Below the pieces are notes generated by a model. The model worked only from the letters and a program-made list of their open reading frames with translations, was not told the origin of the DNA and ran no database searches. Shown here in pieces: positions 24,191-38,358 of a stretch of DNA of 64,000 nucleotides. This DNA comes from Macrostomum hystrix (Eukaryota; Animalia; Platyhelminthes), in contig CATNEN010000039.1 in the NCBI GenBank assembly GCA_950097015.1, positions 1,178,001-1,242,000 of the forward strand. Reading direction: 5' to 3'. Numbering within the stretch: the stretch's first letter is position 1; each line of letters begins with the position of its first letter. Made by a program: the position numbers and the translations under genes.

Positions 24191-27100
24191 CCCTAGAAAA
24201 AAAAACAAGCTAAACTTTGTAAGTACTTACAAAGTAAACAATCAAAAGTCGTGACAAGTACCACCCAAGTGTACTAGGATGTTTTCATGGTTGACTTAGA
24301 AAGTAACCAAAGTTTGTTGCCATGACTTACAAAGTTTACCATGTTTGACTGCCATGTACTTAGGTTGACTTGTAAAGTATATATTGTTTTCGTAAGACGA
24401 CTTACAAAGTATGCAAAGTAGACGTTGCATATACCTAGATGACTTACAAAGTATGCAAAGTAGACGATGCATATACCTAGATGACTTACAAAGTATGCAA
24501 AGTAGACGATGCATATACCTAGATGACTTACAAAGTATGCAAAGTAGACGTTGCATGTACCTAGATGACTTACAAAGTATGCAAAGTAGACGTTGCATGT
24601 TACCTAGTTGACTTACAAAGTATGCAAAGTAGACGATGTATATACCTAGATGACTTACAAAGTATTCGTTACATTAGTTGGCTTACATTTGGCACATCAC
24701 TGACGGAGCCCAGTAAAACTGCATTACAAGCAATTCTAAATAAAATAAGAAAATGTAGACCGGATAATTTTTCTGCTAGAAACGCAAAAGCTCGTGTTAT
24801 CGAGAATGGAAGCAAAAAATACTTTATAACACATGATCGTCCTTATTCCAAAACTGTGTAACCTTTATTGAAAAAATTATGTTCAGAATGTGGCAGAAGT
24901 TCTGCGGACAACTATCTATCTATCCAGGCACAAGCTAACAGCTGCTGTTGACAAGTTGACAACTGACAACGCCAGGGACACCCAATTGCACAGGAAGCGA
25001 ATAAGCAAAGAAAAGAAAATTGATATGAAGCATGTTGCACAGCATTTAATAGCAACAACAGAACCAACATAATTGTTAGTTAGCTTGATAGTCGATTTCA
25101 CATCAAGATTTCTAAGGTCGCAATTGCGCAAGCTAGCTGGCAACAGATGGGATACAGATGACAATGTTGAGTAGGACTTATCTTCTTGAAAATATAATAA
25201 AACATATGAAACCATTGATGATTGCACTTCTGGTCTTCGGTCAAGAACCTTCTTGGTTCTTTTTGGCTCTTGCATTTCCTCAGAGACACTGAAATATAAG
25301 AAAATTAATTAGCCTGTTAAAATAAGTCCCATAACAAAGTAAACAAAATATTTGCATTACTCATTAGCTAAACATGAAATATATATAACAAATTCATTGC
25401 CCTTGGCCTAACTTTGAATTGTTTCTGCATACCAAAATTTGTTTTTATGCTATAATTGTAATAGGAAAATAGAGTTAGGACCTACATTCTATTATGGATA
25501 TAGTTTGATAATTAATATATGTAATAATAAACAGATTAAACAATTAAACAATTATACATAGCACTGAAGCCTTGTGTTTCAATATAATAGGTAGTAATGA
25601 GCAATCCAATATAATATAGCACCAAACATGTTATTGTGGATATAGATGCCACTAGAGGAATTCCTCCAGATGACTCTCAAAGAGATCTGGGTAGGTCCCA
25701 TGCATCTGGCAAAACTTGGCCTTTACATGTGCCCAGGTTCATTCTATAGGTTTCATTTAGGCCCCCTTGAGGCTTCATTATCTAACTCTTTAATTTGGTG
25801 TCTATCCAGCACAACTTCTAGAACCAAAATATACTTTATAGTTTGCACAAGTTACATAAATAACTTATGAATTTAGTGTTGTCTCTGGCACAACTTCAGG
25901 AACCAAAGAAAGACTTTTAAAGTTGCTACTTTTCATCTAAGAGTCATTAGAATTATTTAAAAATGAAAAAATATTAATGCAAATGAAACTTCACAATTGC
26001 CTAAAGTAGATATGACATTTATATCAAGGATAGATTTAAAGAGGGAGATACAAATGGTATCATCTTCCTAGCTAAGTTTTAATATTTTATAAAAAAGTAT
26101 TTAATGACAATATAATACATTATACTAAGACAAAGCATCATCATAAATATAAACATTATAATTTATAATTTATTTCTAATTGAGAAACTTATGAATTATA
26201 GGCCTACTATAGGGCTTCTATCTACCAAAGAAATTTTTAGACCACAAGAAAAATTTACTGGATCTACACCTATGTGACATTTATCATTTGCAATTTACAT
26301 TATATAATATAATATAGGCCTAGGTCTATCCAATTTCAGAATGTGAATTTCAATGTCCAAATCACCAAATGCATTTTCCCAGTAATAAGCAAGCTAAAAT
26401 CACAAAATCAGGTTGTGCATTTGCATCATAGGTTCAATTCCAGGATGCATAAGCTCTATTCCATAGTTGTATTAGTTGGCATATAAGCACTGAGCACTCT
26501 AGACTAATCACACAAAAAGCACTGACTGGCTGACAACTAGGCCTAATTATTTAAAGACTGAGGCAAAACTTAGAACTTAGACTTAGAGACATAGGGCGAA
26601 CCATTATGAAAAAAATCATTGGGGTCTAACGAATTATCGCATGTCACACAATTCTTAGTACGCTGGACAGCCGGCGTTGACATTGACATGCACCTAGCTC
26701 TCACAGGTCATACAAAACTAAAAGCGACAACACAACATGGCAATTCAGGCAATAGAGCAAGTAGACTTTGAAAGTAGAATTTGGCTCGTGCAAAAGGAGG
26801 CCATCAAAGGACTCAAGGAGTCAGTGCCAGTAAACCGGTAGTAGGCATTAGCAAGCCATTGAGGTATTGTTATTGTTATTGGCATCTATCAAGGAAGGAA
26901 TCAACTTATAGTTATAAATCAAGACTTCACTTGGTCTTGGTTGTGAAAGCGAAAACTTTTTTAAAAAGGGAAGAGGAACAAGTAACACGCGAATTAACAA
27001 ACTCCTATCTACGTTTTCTAAATTGCAGTCGCTACAAATGGAAAAAAACTGTTCCAAAACAAAGCACGTTTTGTTCTCTGTAAAACCTTATAGCTTAAAA

Positions 27101-28745
27101 AAGCATTTAACAATTTGATTTATTGTCGCTATGTCAACCGAAAGTTCGTCATTTTAAGCGTAACTTTTTGCCAAATAAATTGCTTAACTAAAATGTAACT
27201 ATAAAATTATACGTCAAGCCAGAAGAATGAGAATACTTGTTCTGGAACTTTTTAGTGCAATGATTGTGTTCATTCATATCTAACTATGGCTTCAAATCAT
27301 TTTCTGAACATAAAAAGAGCATTTCGAATTTTTTGACGTATCTGTGACCCTATTTGCCTAAATGTTATGCGAGAAAATGCATGTAGTGACTTTTAGGTAC
27401 AAAATTTCGTTATAATTCATGCAACAATGTGGGAAATTATATGGTAACAATGTGGTATTGCCATTGTACGTATACAGTACATGTTCCAGTAAGCTGTTTA
27501 TGGTATGGTCCACCTGTTTTAACTTTCAAAGTACATGTACATGTAGTAGACGTAGACACCGACATTGTATGCTCTGTAAGCACTACAAAGTAGATGGCAT
27601 GCGTCTACTTTGGATACTCTGAAAGTCAATCAAGTAGACACCGACATTTACTTTGTAAGTGCTACAAAGTATATGACATGCATCTACTTTGGATACTTTG
27701 AAAGTCAAACCAAGTATAGTATAGTAGACACACCGAAATTATATATTTTGTAAGTACTACAAAGTAGATGGCATGCGTCTACTTTGGATACTTTGAAAGT
27801 CAAACCAAGTATAGTATAGTAGACACACCGACATTGTATATTTTGTAAGTACTACAAAGTAGATGGCATGCGTCTACTTTGGATACTTTGAAAGTCAACC
27901 AAGTATAGTATAGTAGACACCGACATTGTATACTTTGTAAGTACTACAAAGTAGATGGCATGCGTCTACTTTGGATACTTTGAAAGTCAACCAAGTAGAC
28001 ACCAACATTTACTTTGTAAGTACTACAAAGTATATGACATGCATCTACTTTGGATACTTTGAAAGTCAAACCAAGTATAGTATAGTAGACACACCGACAT
28101 TGTATATTTTGTAAGTACTACAAAGTAGATGGCATGCGTCTACTTTGGATACTTTGAAAGTCAACCAAGTATAGTATAGTAGACACCGACATTGTATACT
28201 TTGTAAGTACTACAAAGTAGATGGCATGCGTCTACTTTGGATACTTTGAAAGTCAACCAAGTAGACACCAACATTTACTTTGTAAGTACTACAAAGTATA
28301 TGACATGCATCTACTTTGGATACTTTGAAAGTCAAACCAAGTATAGTATAGTAGACACACCGACATTGTATATTTTGTAAGTACTACAAAGTAGATGACA
28401 TGCGTCTACTTTGGATACTTTGAAAGTCAACCAAGTATAGTATAGTAGACACCGACATTGTATACTTTGTAAGTACTACAAAGTAGATGGCATGCGTCTA
28501 CTTTGGATACTTTGAAAGTCAACCAAGTAGACACCAACATTGTATACTTGGCAAGTAACTTTAAAAGTACGCATGGAAGTCTACTTTGTAAACTTTGCAA
28601 GTCAAAGTAAGTAGGGCAGAAACATTGCATACTTTATAAGTACTTGATTGCAACATGCTATGTACTTGGTAAACTTTATAAGTCAACTATGTCATGAAAG
28701 TACCATGATTGACTTACAAAGTTTAGCATGTTTTTTTTTTTAGGG
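24191..28745. mobile_element. Non-autonomous CMC/EnSpm-like element
   Basis: TIRs CCCTA(G)AAAAAAAAACA(A/T)GCTAAACTTTGTAAGT; 2-bp TSD CT; subterminal arrays with GACTTACAAAGT/ACTTTGTAAGT (42-bp units 24400-24662; ~73-85-bp units 27545-28560). Confidence 0.85.
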
Positions 28746-30048
28746 CTGACATCCAATTAATCTAATTTTTGCTGAGATTGAGGTACATGTAGAGCTACTT
28801 GTTACGATTGTACTCGATACGTACAGTACATTACCAGCAATCGACCTCAATGCCGTTACTGTTAAAATCTTAAACACGAAACACTTTCTTGTTTTTTCAA
28901 AAGTACAGTCGGCTGAACTTGGGTACTTAAGGCATCGGTTTGCTTGCTGTACATATCGAAAATTGATTAATTTTTTATTAAGTAACAAATTGTACACAAA
29001 ATTATTTTAATGCTGGAATGGCGATATGTTAAGCATATAATTTCCAAAGAATAACACGTCGTTATATACTATCAACCACTTTCATAGTAGGCTTCTCACA
29101 GTAGGTGTAACAAAATATGCGCCATTTAAGACTGGCTTTATACGGGATGGTATCGGGCGCATTTCGTAAGCTACTTATTTATTAGCAAGCAGTAAGACGA
29201 AGTACAATTTGTATATTTACTAGCTACTCGTAAATAAGAAAAATGTGCATATTGCAATAACTGCTCAACAGGGGGTAAGTACAGAGTACACGGACTTGAG
29301 AATGCGCAAAATAATATCAAATTAAGGTGAGAAGCATGTATCTTTGCAGTTAGCAACCAGTACTCAGTATTCCAGCGCTGCATTGGTGGGATGGCAGGCC
29401 CGCTAGTCGGCTAGATGGGTAGCTGCAGACAGTGCATAATATGCAATTATCTTCCGTCGTACATTGAGAAACCGCGCATCGCGAAGGTGGCCGACACTGA
29501 CGGCCGGCTACGGTTTCTGCTCGTGACAGACAGGCTTCGCCACTGTTTTTGCAAGGCTGCCTCCGAATAATCTAAACTGTCGAGTCCAGTTCGCATTTCC
29601 TGGCAGGGTGGGAATTGAACTTGAATATAAAATTCAATAAATAAGTCACAAATTTAAGTAATTAAAAGCATCTTTTACCTGTATTTAAGCCTAAAAGTGC
29701 CACTACATCTTTTGGTGCCGAGTGCGATTGTTCTCCAGTCCAGCAGTTGTGCACCACGGAACATAGGGAAAAAATGAATGAAAGCAGGAAATTATATTGA
29801 GAACACGCAGATTGAGAGCTGAATCGCAAATGATACTAAATCTTAAACTAAAAGTAGCGTTCATTGCTTTGATTTCTTGATTTACGTACCGGAAACAAGA
29901 CAAAATAGGTCAACTTTGTGAGAGGGAGTCTACTATAACAGCAAATTTCTGGGTATAAAGAATGTGAATAGATAGAATAAAATATATGAAGTGATTGGTT
30001 CGTGGATATTCAGTACAGAAGGTTGTAAAACACCTAGACTAACTAGTA

Positions 30049-30961
30049 GTGACGTCTTGGCCAGTGCAAAAGATTGAAACGCGCACTGTTCACTTTCACG
30101 CCACGATGAGGCGCGTCACGTTCGTGAAAGAAAAATTTATCTGACAAATGCAGAGGGAAAATGTCAAAGCAATGAATGCACATTGACAATCCCAGCATTA
30201 GTTTTATGCAGAGGGAAAATGTCAAAGCAATGAATGCACATTGACAATCCCAGCATTAGTTTTATGCAGAGGGAAAATGTCAAAGCAATGAATGCCCATT
30301 GACAATCCCAGCATTAGTTTTATGCAGAGGGAAAATGTCAAAGCAATGAATGCACAGTGACAATCCCAGCATTAGTTTTATGCAGAGGGAAAAATGTCAA
30401 AGCAATGAATGCACAGTGACAATCCCAGCATTAGTTTTATGCAGAGGAAAAATGTCAAAGCAATGAATGCCCATTGACAATCCCAGCATTAGTTTTATGC
30501 AGAGGGAAAAATGTCAAAGCAATGAATGCACATTGACAATCCCAGCATTAGTTTTATGCAGAGGGAAAAATGTCAAAGCAATGAATGCACAGTGACAATC
30601 CCAGCATTAGTTTTATGCAGAGGGAAAAATGTCAAAGCAATGAATGCCCATTGACAATCCCAGCATTAGTTTTATGCAGAGGGAAAAATGTCAAAGCAAT
30701 GAATGCCCATTGACAATCCCAGCATTAGTTTTATGCAGAGGGAAAAATGTCAAAGCAATGAATGCCCATTGACAATCCCAGCATTAGTTTTATGCAGAGG
30801 GAAAAATGTCAAAGCAATGAATGCCCATTGACAATCCCAGCATTAGTTTTTTGCAGAGGGAAAAATGTCAAAGCAATGAATGCACATTGACAATCCCAGC
30901 ATTAGTTTTTTGCAGAGGGAAAAATGTCAAAGCAATGAATGCACATTGACAGTCCCAGCAT
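30049..30961 (-). repeat. Inverted copy of 16338-17190 (unique block plus ~14 x 58-59 bp)
   Basis: Reverse complement match; I see only one difference in the unique block. Confidence 0.95.
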
Positions 30962-31062
30962 TTTTTTGTGTCAGATAGCAGATACTTAATAGTTAAGTGT
31001 TGCATTTTGACTTAAATATTATGAGACTTTTTGGTTTGATGCACTTAGCTGCTAATATATAT

Positions 31063-33744
31063 TTAACACGCGGTCTCGTCATCATCAGAATCATCTGATG
31101 CTGAATTGAATGAGTTATCTAGATCGTCCAGTCGTTCGTTAGAATCATTTTTGTCTAAACTGTCAACCGTGGGAGTTAAACTTTGGATTGAGTCTTGGTT
31201 GACTGAGAGCATTGCTATAGGGACACTTTCAATTTGCCGGTAAATAATCTGAAACAGTCGGTGAAAGTGTGCCGGTAGACCTGGTTGACCTTCTAAAGTT
31301 ATACAATGCTCTTGAATACGCTTCTGAATATCACGCCATTCATCAAAAAGAAAGTTTTTTTCCTCATCAAGCCTCTATTTTTTATGACTTACGTCAATGG
31401 CGCGTCTACGAAAGCTTCCTGTAAAATCGTTTTTAGCAATTCCGGAATAGAAGCTATGCTTAGGGTTTTGAAGTTCTGTAAAAGTTGGTCTATCGTTTTG
31501 TGGCATCTATTTGGAATAGAGTTTCTGCATTTCCGAAGTTAGACTAAAAACTCTACGAGCACAACTTTTTGTTCGACTTTGACCTGTGGAAGTACCAAGT
31601 TCTCTAAGCCAATATATTCTTTGAGTGGCAACTGACCTTAAAGAGCCCAGCGTATCTTCTTCAAGAGAGGCGTGACCCGAAATTGATTCCATATGCCATT
31701 GCTGGCCTAAGACCAGAATCTGCTCATCCGATACGTCAAAGCGAGTGTCAATACAACCAGAATTTTTTAAGACAGCCATTTCATGCATTAGAGCTTGAAT
31801 TTCGTTTTTTATTGCTGTAGAGGTAGTTGTAATCAATTTCAACCTTTGCGCAAACCACACATGTGCATTTAAAAGTTGTTGAGCATTGAAATTGTGTAAA
31901 ATATGGGATATGGACATTGTCCTCCGATCATTCCGCATGTACTTAAAAAACTTTCCATACGGTCTTAAGGCAGCCCAGGCTCGTTCAGAATGCTCACCGT
32001 CACACAAGCCAGCTCCCGGAGTAACGCGTACGGATAAATTCAGCTGACAGCTAGTTTTATGTCCAAGGACGTGAAACGCATTAACAGCACACATGCTGCT
32101 ATGGACATCAGCCCCGGACTGTGCAACGATAGACTTGACCCGATTGGAGACACGACAACCTGAAATTGAAACGATTTCGAGTATATTCGAGCAAGAAAAC
32201 ATTTTATGCCACTTTCAATATTTTTTGGAAAACTGTTAAAAATATTTTGCACGAAGTATGAATTATAATGATATGATTTAAACTGTACGCATGTTAAATC
32301 GGATTACTCACCAACGTCATAAATAAACAGTAGATGCTTTGACACTGGCGTCGTTTTTAAATAATGAAGCAGGCATTCCTCTGGATAGCAAAGACGCTCT
32401 CCTGGAGTATTTATATTACACCCTGTCACAAGCCTATTGTGTCTGCAGAACAGACCAAAGAATCCATAGACGTTGTTCCGTGAGGCACCTCTCGAGGTCT
32501 CTTTAGTTGTACTACCAGCTCTCCAGTTAGGACAACTGTCAGGCTCAGGATGATGGACAGTAGAACCTTGTTGAGAATTTCCATCTACGTAAATAAGAGG
32601 TTCAGGCAAAATACGACCATCACCTGGTAAATCCTTCTGCTTTCCACCCGACGCTGCAAATTGCTGCCAACCGAAGAGACCATCACCACATAGAACAGTC
32701 TTGCGTTTAGAGTTTTTTTCTGGGCAACTTAGGCATGTTTTTGGCCAACATGAATTATGGTTTTGCAACTCGCGAAAGCGCAAAAGTACACCGTACCGCT
32801 GAATACGTTGGTAGACACTCTTCGCTAAGTCTGGACTCCAGCAACCTTGTCCCACGACTGTGCCCTTAAAGAATGAGTGAATTGCTCTATGCATAGGCAA
32901 CTGTCCATCCATGCACATTGAATCAAGAAGTGAAAGGAAACTAAATGAAAAAAAAGTTAAACATTCGCCATCTGATGAAGCCGTTGCTGGGAAGTAGCCC
33001 TGAGACAGCAAAGCACAACAGGTGTCGCATGCTGCACATGTAAAAACTTTTGCCTGGACGCTTCCGGTTATGTTAATTAACTGCACGTTGCTCGCTGCAT
33101 TAAATACTTTGCCTCTCGCACAGTCATTACAGCAGTAAAGTTTTGGAAAAGATATGGCTGCCCCGGAAGTTTCCTCACTAAACATCAGTAGATCGATCTG
33201 CGGGAGGAAGTTACATTTTAGTTTACATTTTTGATTGGCATAGATTGCTAAAATTGCTGTTGAGATCTTTTTTTCTTGTTTCGTTTAAAAAAGTGCACTT
33301 ATGAGCTAAAGATCACTAAATATATGTAGGTTTGCTTACATTCCAGAGTAGAAATTTATGAGCAACGAAATCTCCATGAGTTACTTCCTTGCAGTCAGCA
33401 CATAGATCCACGTTACAGGTTATACAGCGAAAAATACCTTGGTTTTCTCGGCAGCGTATGCACTGGCTCAAAATAAATGACTTCCGATAACTCGGTGAAC
33501 AATTTTCAACAAATGAATCATAATTTTCCCACTCGATAAAGCAATCGGACGAACTTTCAAAGTCGAAATCTGCTTCTTGAAAAACAGAACTGGACGTGCC
33601 AGAAGTGTTTTGAACTGCAGATTTAGCACTATGTTGATTCCAACAGTCTTTACCGGCAGAGTATTTTGTTGATCTTGGTCGTCCACGCAGGCCAGAAACG
33701 TAAGTTACCTTGCGTGTTTTCTTCAGGGTTTTAAAACGGTACAT
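31063..33744 (-). pseudogene. KDZ (Kyakuja-Dileera-Zisupton) transposase with B-box-like and CxC domains; exons 33744-33340, 33197-32312, 32159-31063
   Basis: LLSQGYFPAT (CxC), VLCGDG, CRH...GE..YP, spliced YDVG|C, FH..GH...CQ, GAGLCDGEHSERAW; GT-AG introns keep frame; in-frame TAGs at 31507 and ~31375. Confidence 0.88.
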
Positions 33745-34517
33745 CTGAAATAAGTAAAATGTACTTACTTTAATTTGATTTAATGAAGTTTAATAATGCA
33801 ACAAATATCATGTTTGACCAGGACTATTTGAATCCTTATTATTTGTATCCACTACTTTAGGGCACCGCAAAATATATAATAATATAATCATAACGACTAA
33901 GAGTTAAATAATCTACCGGAAAATGCCTTTGAAGGTGAAAGCTCTTGGCTCGTCTGATTGATAGGTAGATCTGGAATTTATTACTTTTCGTTTTCATTTA
34001 TTTTTAAGTAGTTTCTGTTCAATATGTTGTAGCGGTTGAAATCATTGTGCCATGTTTCAACAGCTTGCAGCAACTGAGACCAATAAGTACTTTAAACAAC
34101 TTAGAGGTGAAGTCTGCAGTTCAAAGTGTTCCCAATATTGAATCAGATATTAAAAGTTCGCAGCCAATTAACGGCTGTGCTTCTATGTTTACTAATCTTG
34201 ACTAATCAAAAGGGAAACTAACGTTAGTATTTAAGTTGGCGATATTATACTTCTGGCGATTTGAGTATAATATCCCTACCAATTTCAGCTCAAATGAATG
34301 CGGCAGAAGGTAGCCTGTTGGGCGATTGAACTGCCAGGTTAGTGTTTTTTTACTAATGGAGCCGAGATATATATTTATGTACATCAGGAATTTAGGCAGC
34401 TATCATATGCTAAACTGTAATTGTTTTTGCTTGTTGTAGCCTAGTTCGGTAATTTACAGAATTTACAGAACTTCAAAAAAATTCGCTTAAAATACGAGCG
34501 AATACCAGATACACCCT

Positions 34518-35477
34518 ATCTGGTGACCGGCAATGAAACCTGGATACCGCACTTTGACCCTGAGACCAAGCAGAAAGCAAGGTGTGGGCGTTGAAGGGTT
34601 CAGATCCACCTGTGAAAGCGAAGCGAGACCAGCACTGCAAGAAGATCATGCTGACCCTTTTCTTCGATCAAGAAGGTTGACCTGACCCTTCTGGGTCTAA
34701 CCCTGACCATCGACTTCCTTGGGCCTAACAGCACGGTTAACTCGGACCGGTACACGGAGACGCTGACTAAGATGAAATCAGACATCCGCAACAAGCGCAG
34801 GGCTGCGATGAAGCCTCACCTCCTGTTGCACGACAACGCTCGACCTCACACGGCCAAGAAAACGCTTGATCGTATCAACGAACTCAATTTTGATCTGCTT
34901 GCGCACCCACCCTACTCACCAGACTTAGCTCCTTGCGACTACGCAATTTTCCCTCAGTTAAAGAAGCACCTGCGGGGGCGCATCTTTGACCATCGCGACA
35001 ACTTGGAAGGTGAATTCAGGCGGGTTCTGCTGCACGAAATTCCGCGTCGAGCTTATGCAGATGCCATCAATGCGCTTCTCACGCGATGGACTAAGTGCTG
35101 CGAGCTAAGGGGGACTTCGTCGAAAAGTCGTCAGTCGACGGCGATGGCGATGCTGCCAGGGGTTAGCGATATGGGCGGCACCGGCCGCCTCCTCGCTGCG
35201 TCTGTCATGGAGGCTCCCTGCCGCTAAGTCAAAGAAGTAGGTCAGCAATGGCGATGCTGCGTGACCGATTCCGCTGGCCTTGACTTGGTGTAACTCTACC
35301 CCTTACCCCTTGTTCTAATTTTAGCTAAAACTTTTTAATGAGTTGACATATTTACTTGATTTAAAAAGCATTAGAACTGCTGGATGTTTATATATCAGTG
35401 ACGTAAGTTTCAATAAACTATGTTGCACCAGTTTGCCTGTGCATCGATTTTTCCCGCTATTTCTGGGACACCCTACG
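34518..35477 (+). mobile_element. 5'-truncated mariner element (DD34D-type transposase fragment plus right TIR)
   Basis: LVTGNETWIPHFDPETK, LHDNARPHTA, HPPYSPDLAPCDY; end ...GGGACACCCTACG followed by TA. Confidence 0.88.
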
Positions 35478-35721
35478 TATAAAAACAAATATTTCAGAAA
35501 CGACTTTGAAAATTTTCGTCTTTACTTCCATGGATTTCCTTCCAATTTCAATGAGGTGAATATAATTTAACACATATTTTGTTAGCATGTTGCAGTAAAT
35601 TTTTAGACTACATGATAAAATTCTGTAAATTTCATTGCATTTTCTTATTTTAGAACAATGTCAAATGTCTGTTAGAGCAATTGGAATCCCATCGGATGTT
35701 CGCATAATCAGGCCGCTAACA

Positions 35722-35869
35722 GCAGCGACCTTCTTGCCGCCATGGACGTGTTCCAGCTGGTGGCCAAGTCAGAGGGTCTGGGACCACTTCAGATGGGCGT
35801 CACCGGTGTCGACATGTTTGATTTGCTGCTCCAACCATTCCATGAGGCAGCCGCAGCAATAGCTCTGCA
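35722..35869 (+). pseudogene. Second copy of methyltransferase fragment (duplicate of ~20818-20965)
   Basis: Near-identical text gcagcgaccttcttgccgccatgg...agctctgca. Confidence 0.85.
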
Positions 35870-38358
35870 ATGAGTTTTCTGATGTTGGTTACTCAAATGC
35901 CAATATCTGTAAAGTGACTGGTCACAGGCAGGTGAAAACAGTCAAGCAGTACCTGCAATTTGGAAGTCAATGCACATTCAAGATGTAGGCCACGTGCAGC
36001 GCACTGCATACATTTCTACATAGAGCTAACTCATCCATAGGCAACACAAATCAAGTGGAGACAAATGTTAATTTTTGTTTCTCTATTTATACTGTTAATA
36101 TACAATAGATTTTAAAAAAAGTTGAATATGTTTTTTGCTGCATGCATAAATGCATTGGCAACATTGCCATGCCAGTGTAATTATGTAGTGTGCATTATGC
36201 AGGCCACTGACCAATTTGTACACCACTGCATGCCACTTCTGAAAATACACACAGGAAAATTCTTGTCTGCACTACATGATCCACACTATGGATAGATATG
36301 GCATAGGCGTTATCTGCATGCTTAAGTGTTGTACAAGAAAAGTTTGTTTGAGACACTACAACCAACTATAGTCATCAAAACTATTGTGTCTTGAATGTTT
36401 TTGTACATATGATTGTTGGATTATGTTTATTCCAGTCTGGTGAGCTGGAAAGTCTAGGCAATCCTAGATTTATTGCATTGTGCTCCAACACTAAAACTTT
36501 TGTTGCTGATTCTTCAGGCCAGCTAGTGAGAGAGAATTGGCAGGTGATATCACTGTGAGGCTCCCTTTTTGTTCCGTTTTACATGGAGACTAAAGTTATG
36601 AGATTCTTGCCTTTTCAATTGATGGGTCTGTCTGTCTAAAAGCCCAGAGGGATTTTGATTTGCCAAAGGAAATCACAGGTCTTAGCTGTGACAGCAAGTG
36701 CCAGGCTCTCTACATTGCTCAGTGGAATTCATTTTCTGTGGCAGGTTTAATTGGCTGCAGTTTGAGGGTGATCGATGTAGGCAGCCAGCCAGACTGTTTT
36801 TAGGACTGATTGCAAAACAAAACACCAGCAGATAAGCATAAATTTTGAGCATGGATTCATATGGATAAAATTGAAATTATAAGCATAGGACCACGTGGAT
36901 AAAATTGAAATTATCAGCATAGGACCACGTAGATAAAATTGAAATTATCAGCATAGGACCATGTGAATTAGCACTTCCTATGGGACACAGCTAGGCCCTG
37001 GAAGCATGGTTAATAAAAAATTATTAATTATATTAGTTGTCTATACAACTACGGGCAACATATTTAAGGAAAATATGAGTGAATAGAAAGCACTGACGGT
37101 CATACTTACGTTAACAAATAGCTAATTTGACGATTTAATCTAAATTAATTAGAAACTTTATATTTACTATTTTGCTATAAAAATGCGCTGCGACAAAAAA
37201 ATTGCAATGCTTTTGACTGAGACTTCAAAATAAATTAAAGATTTAAGAATAGATCTATTATCTAGTAGTAGTATCAGTAGATAATTAACACAAGTAACCT
37301 AATCGGTTTAGGATAGCATAGTGTAGTGCGGCTGGAAATGTTCTTTTAAAATTGCGCTAAATATTTAATTGTTGCTATACAGTAACTATAGCGATTGCAA
37401 ATAACATTATTATGTTATTAATTTCTACTTTTATGACCCTTGAAAATAATGCAAATATTAATTATAAATTATTTTAATCGTTGTCTAATTAAAATATAAT
37501 CGCACCAGTTTGAAAAGCGCGCTGCAATCGATTGTAAGTGTAAGGCGCGGCGCGGCGTGTAAACTGAAGACGTTAAATTGCTGTAGTAAAACTGTTTAAA
37601 TTCGCGGCCTTCAAACCCAGTTATACTACAATAGAATAGGATAGAATATTGGATAGGAATAAAACAACCGCAAAAACTGTAATTTAAAATTTAAATTTCA
37701 AGTCAATAAAGCGCTTGTCTGTAACTAAAAACTGTTAAAGCAATTTTAATTTTTGTGCAATAAAATGAGATTTTTTACTAATTCTACGTTTTGTTTTTAG
37801 CGTTTGTTTTGTTTTAACGTGTTTACGTAACATTTTATCGTCCGGGAGTTTAGTTTGCGTGAAGGAATTGGGACGTACCAAAATAAACACATATGAACAC
37901 AAAATGAAGCAACGTTTAATAAAAACAGAATGTATATGAATAAATTTCGAATTTAGATTGCAGAAAACAAAAAATATCAAATAATTCACAATTGGTTATG
38001 ATCGATCGTGTAACCTTTCAATGGTCCCTAGCAATCGAAATTCATTACTAATTCATTTGTTGGCCGGAACTCGGGAGGGAGATAAGATACCAAACTATTA
38101 CCTTATTAATGTACGAAACACAGTCCCTCTTCCTCTATTTAGAATCTCAATCTTGTGCATCGGAACGCGCCAAATTTTTAAATTATGCATACTTACATAC
38201 CTAGCTTCTACTTATTCATTCCTATATTTATAATTGTATACTTATTCTCTCTTGTATCTTCTAAATTACAGATTTTAGGTTCAACTGTTACGGTATAGAA
38301 TAAATAAGAATGAAAGAACGATTAAGAACGATAAAGAACTTTTAAGTTGGGCTTTCTA

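Noticed and set aside
14913-33744. TET/JBP dioxygenase gene expected by analogy with fungal KDZ elements
   Set aside because: No HxD...H...R 2OG-Fe(II) pattern recognised in any ORF or fragment
18829-35477. One large mariner element formed by the ends at 18829 and 35477
   Set aside because: The TIRs agree only in a short GGGTGTCCCA core and diverge afterwards; the span would also cross the inner inverted repeat and the KDZ gene
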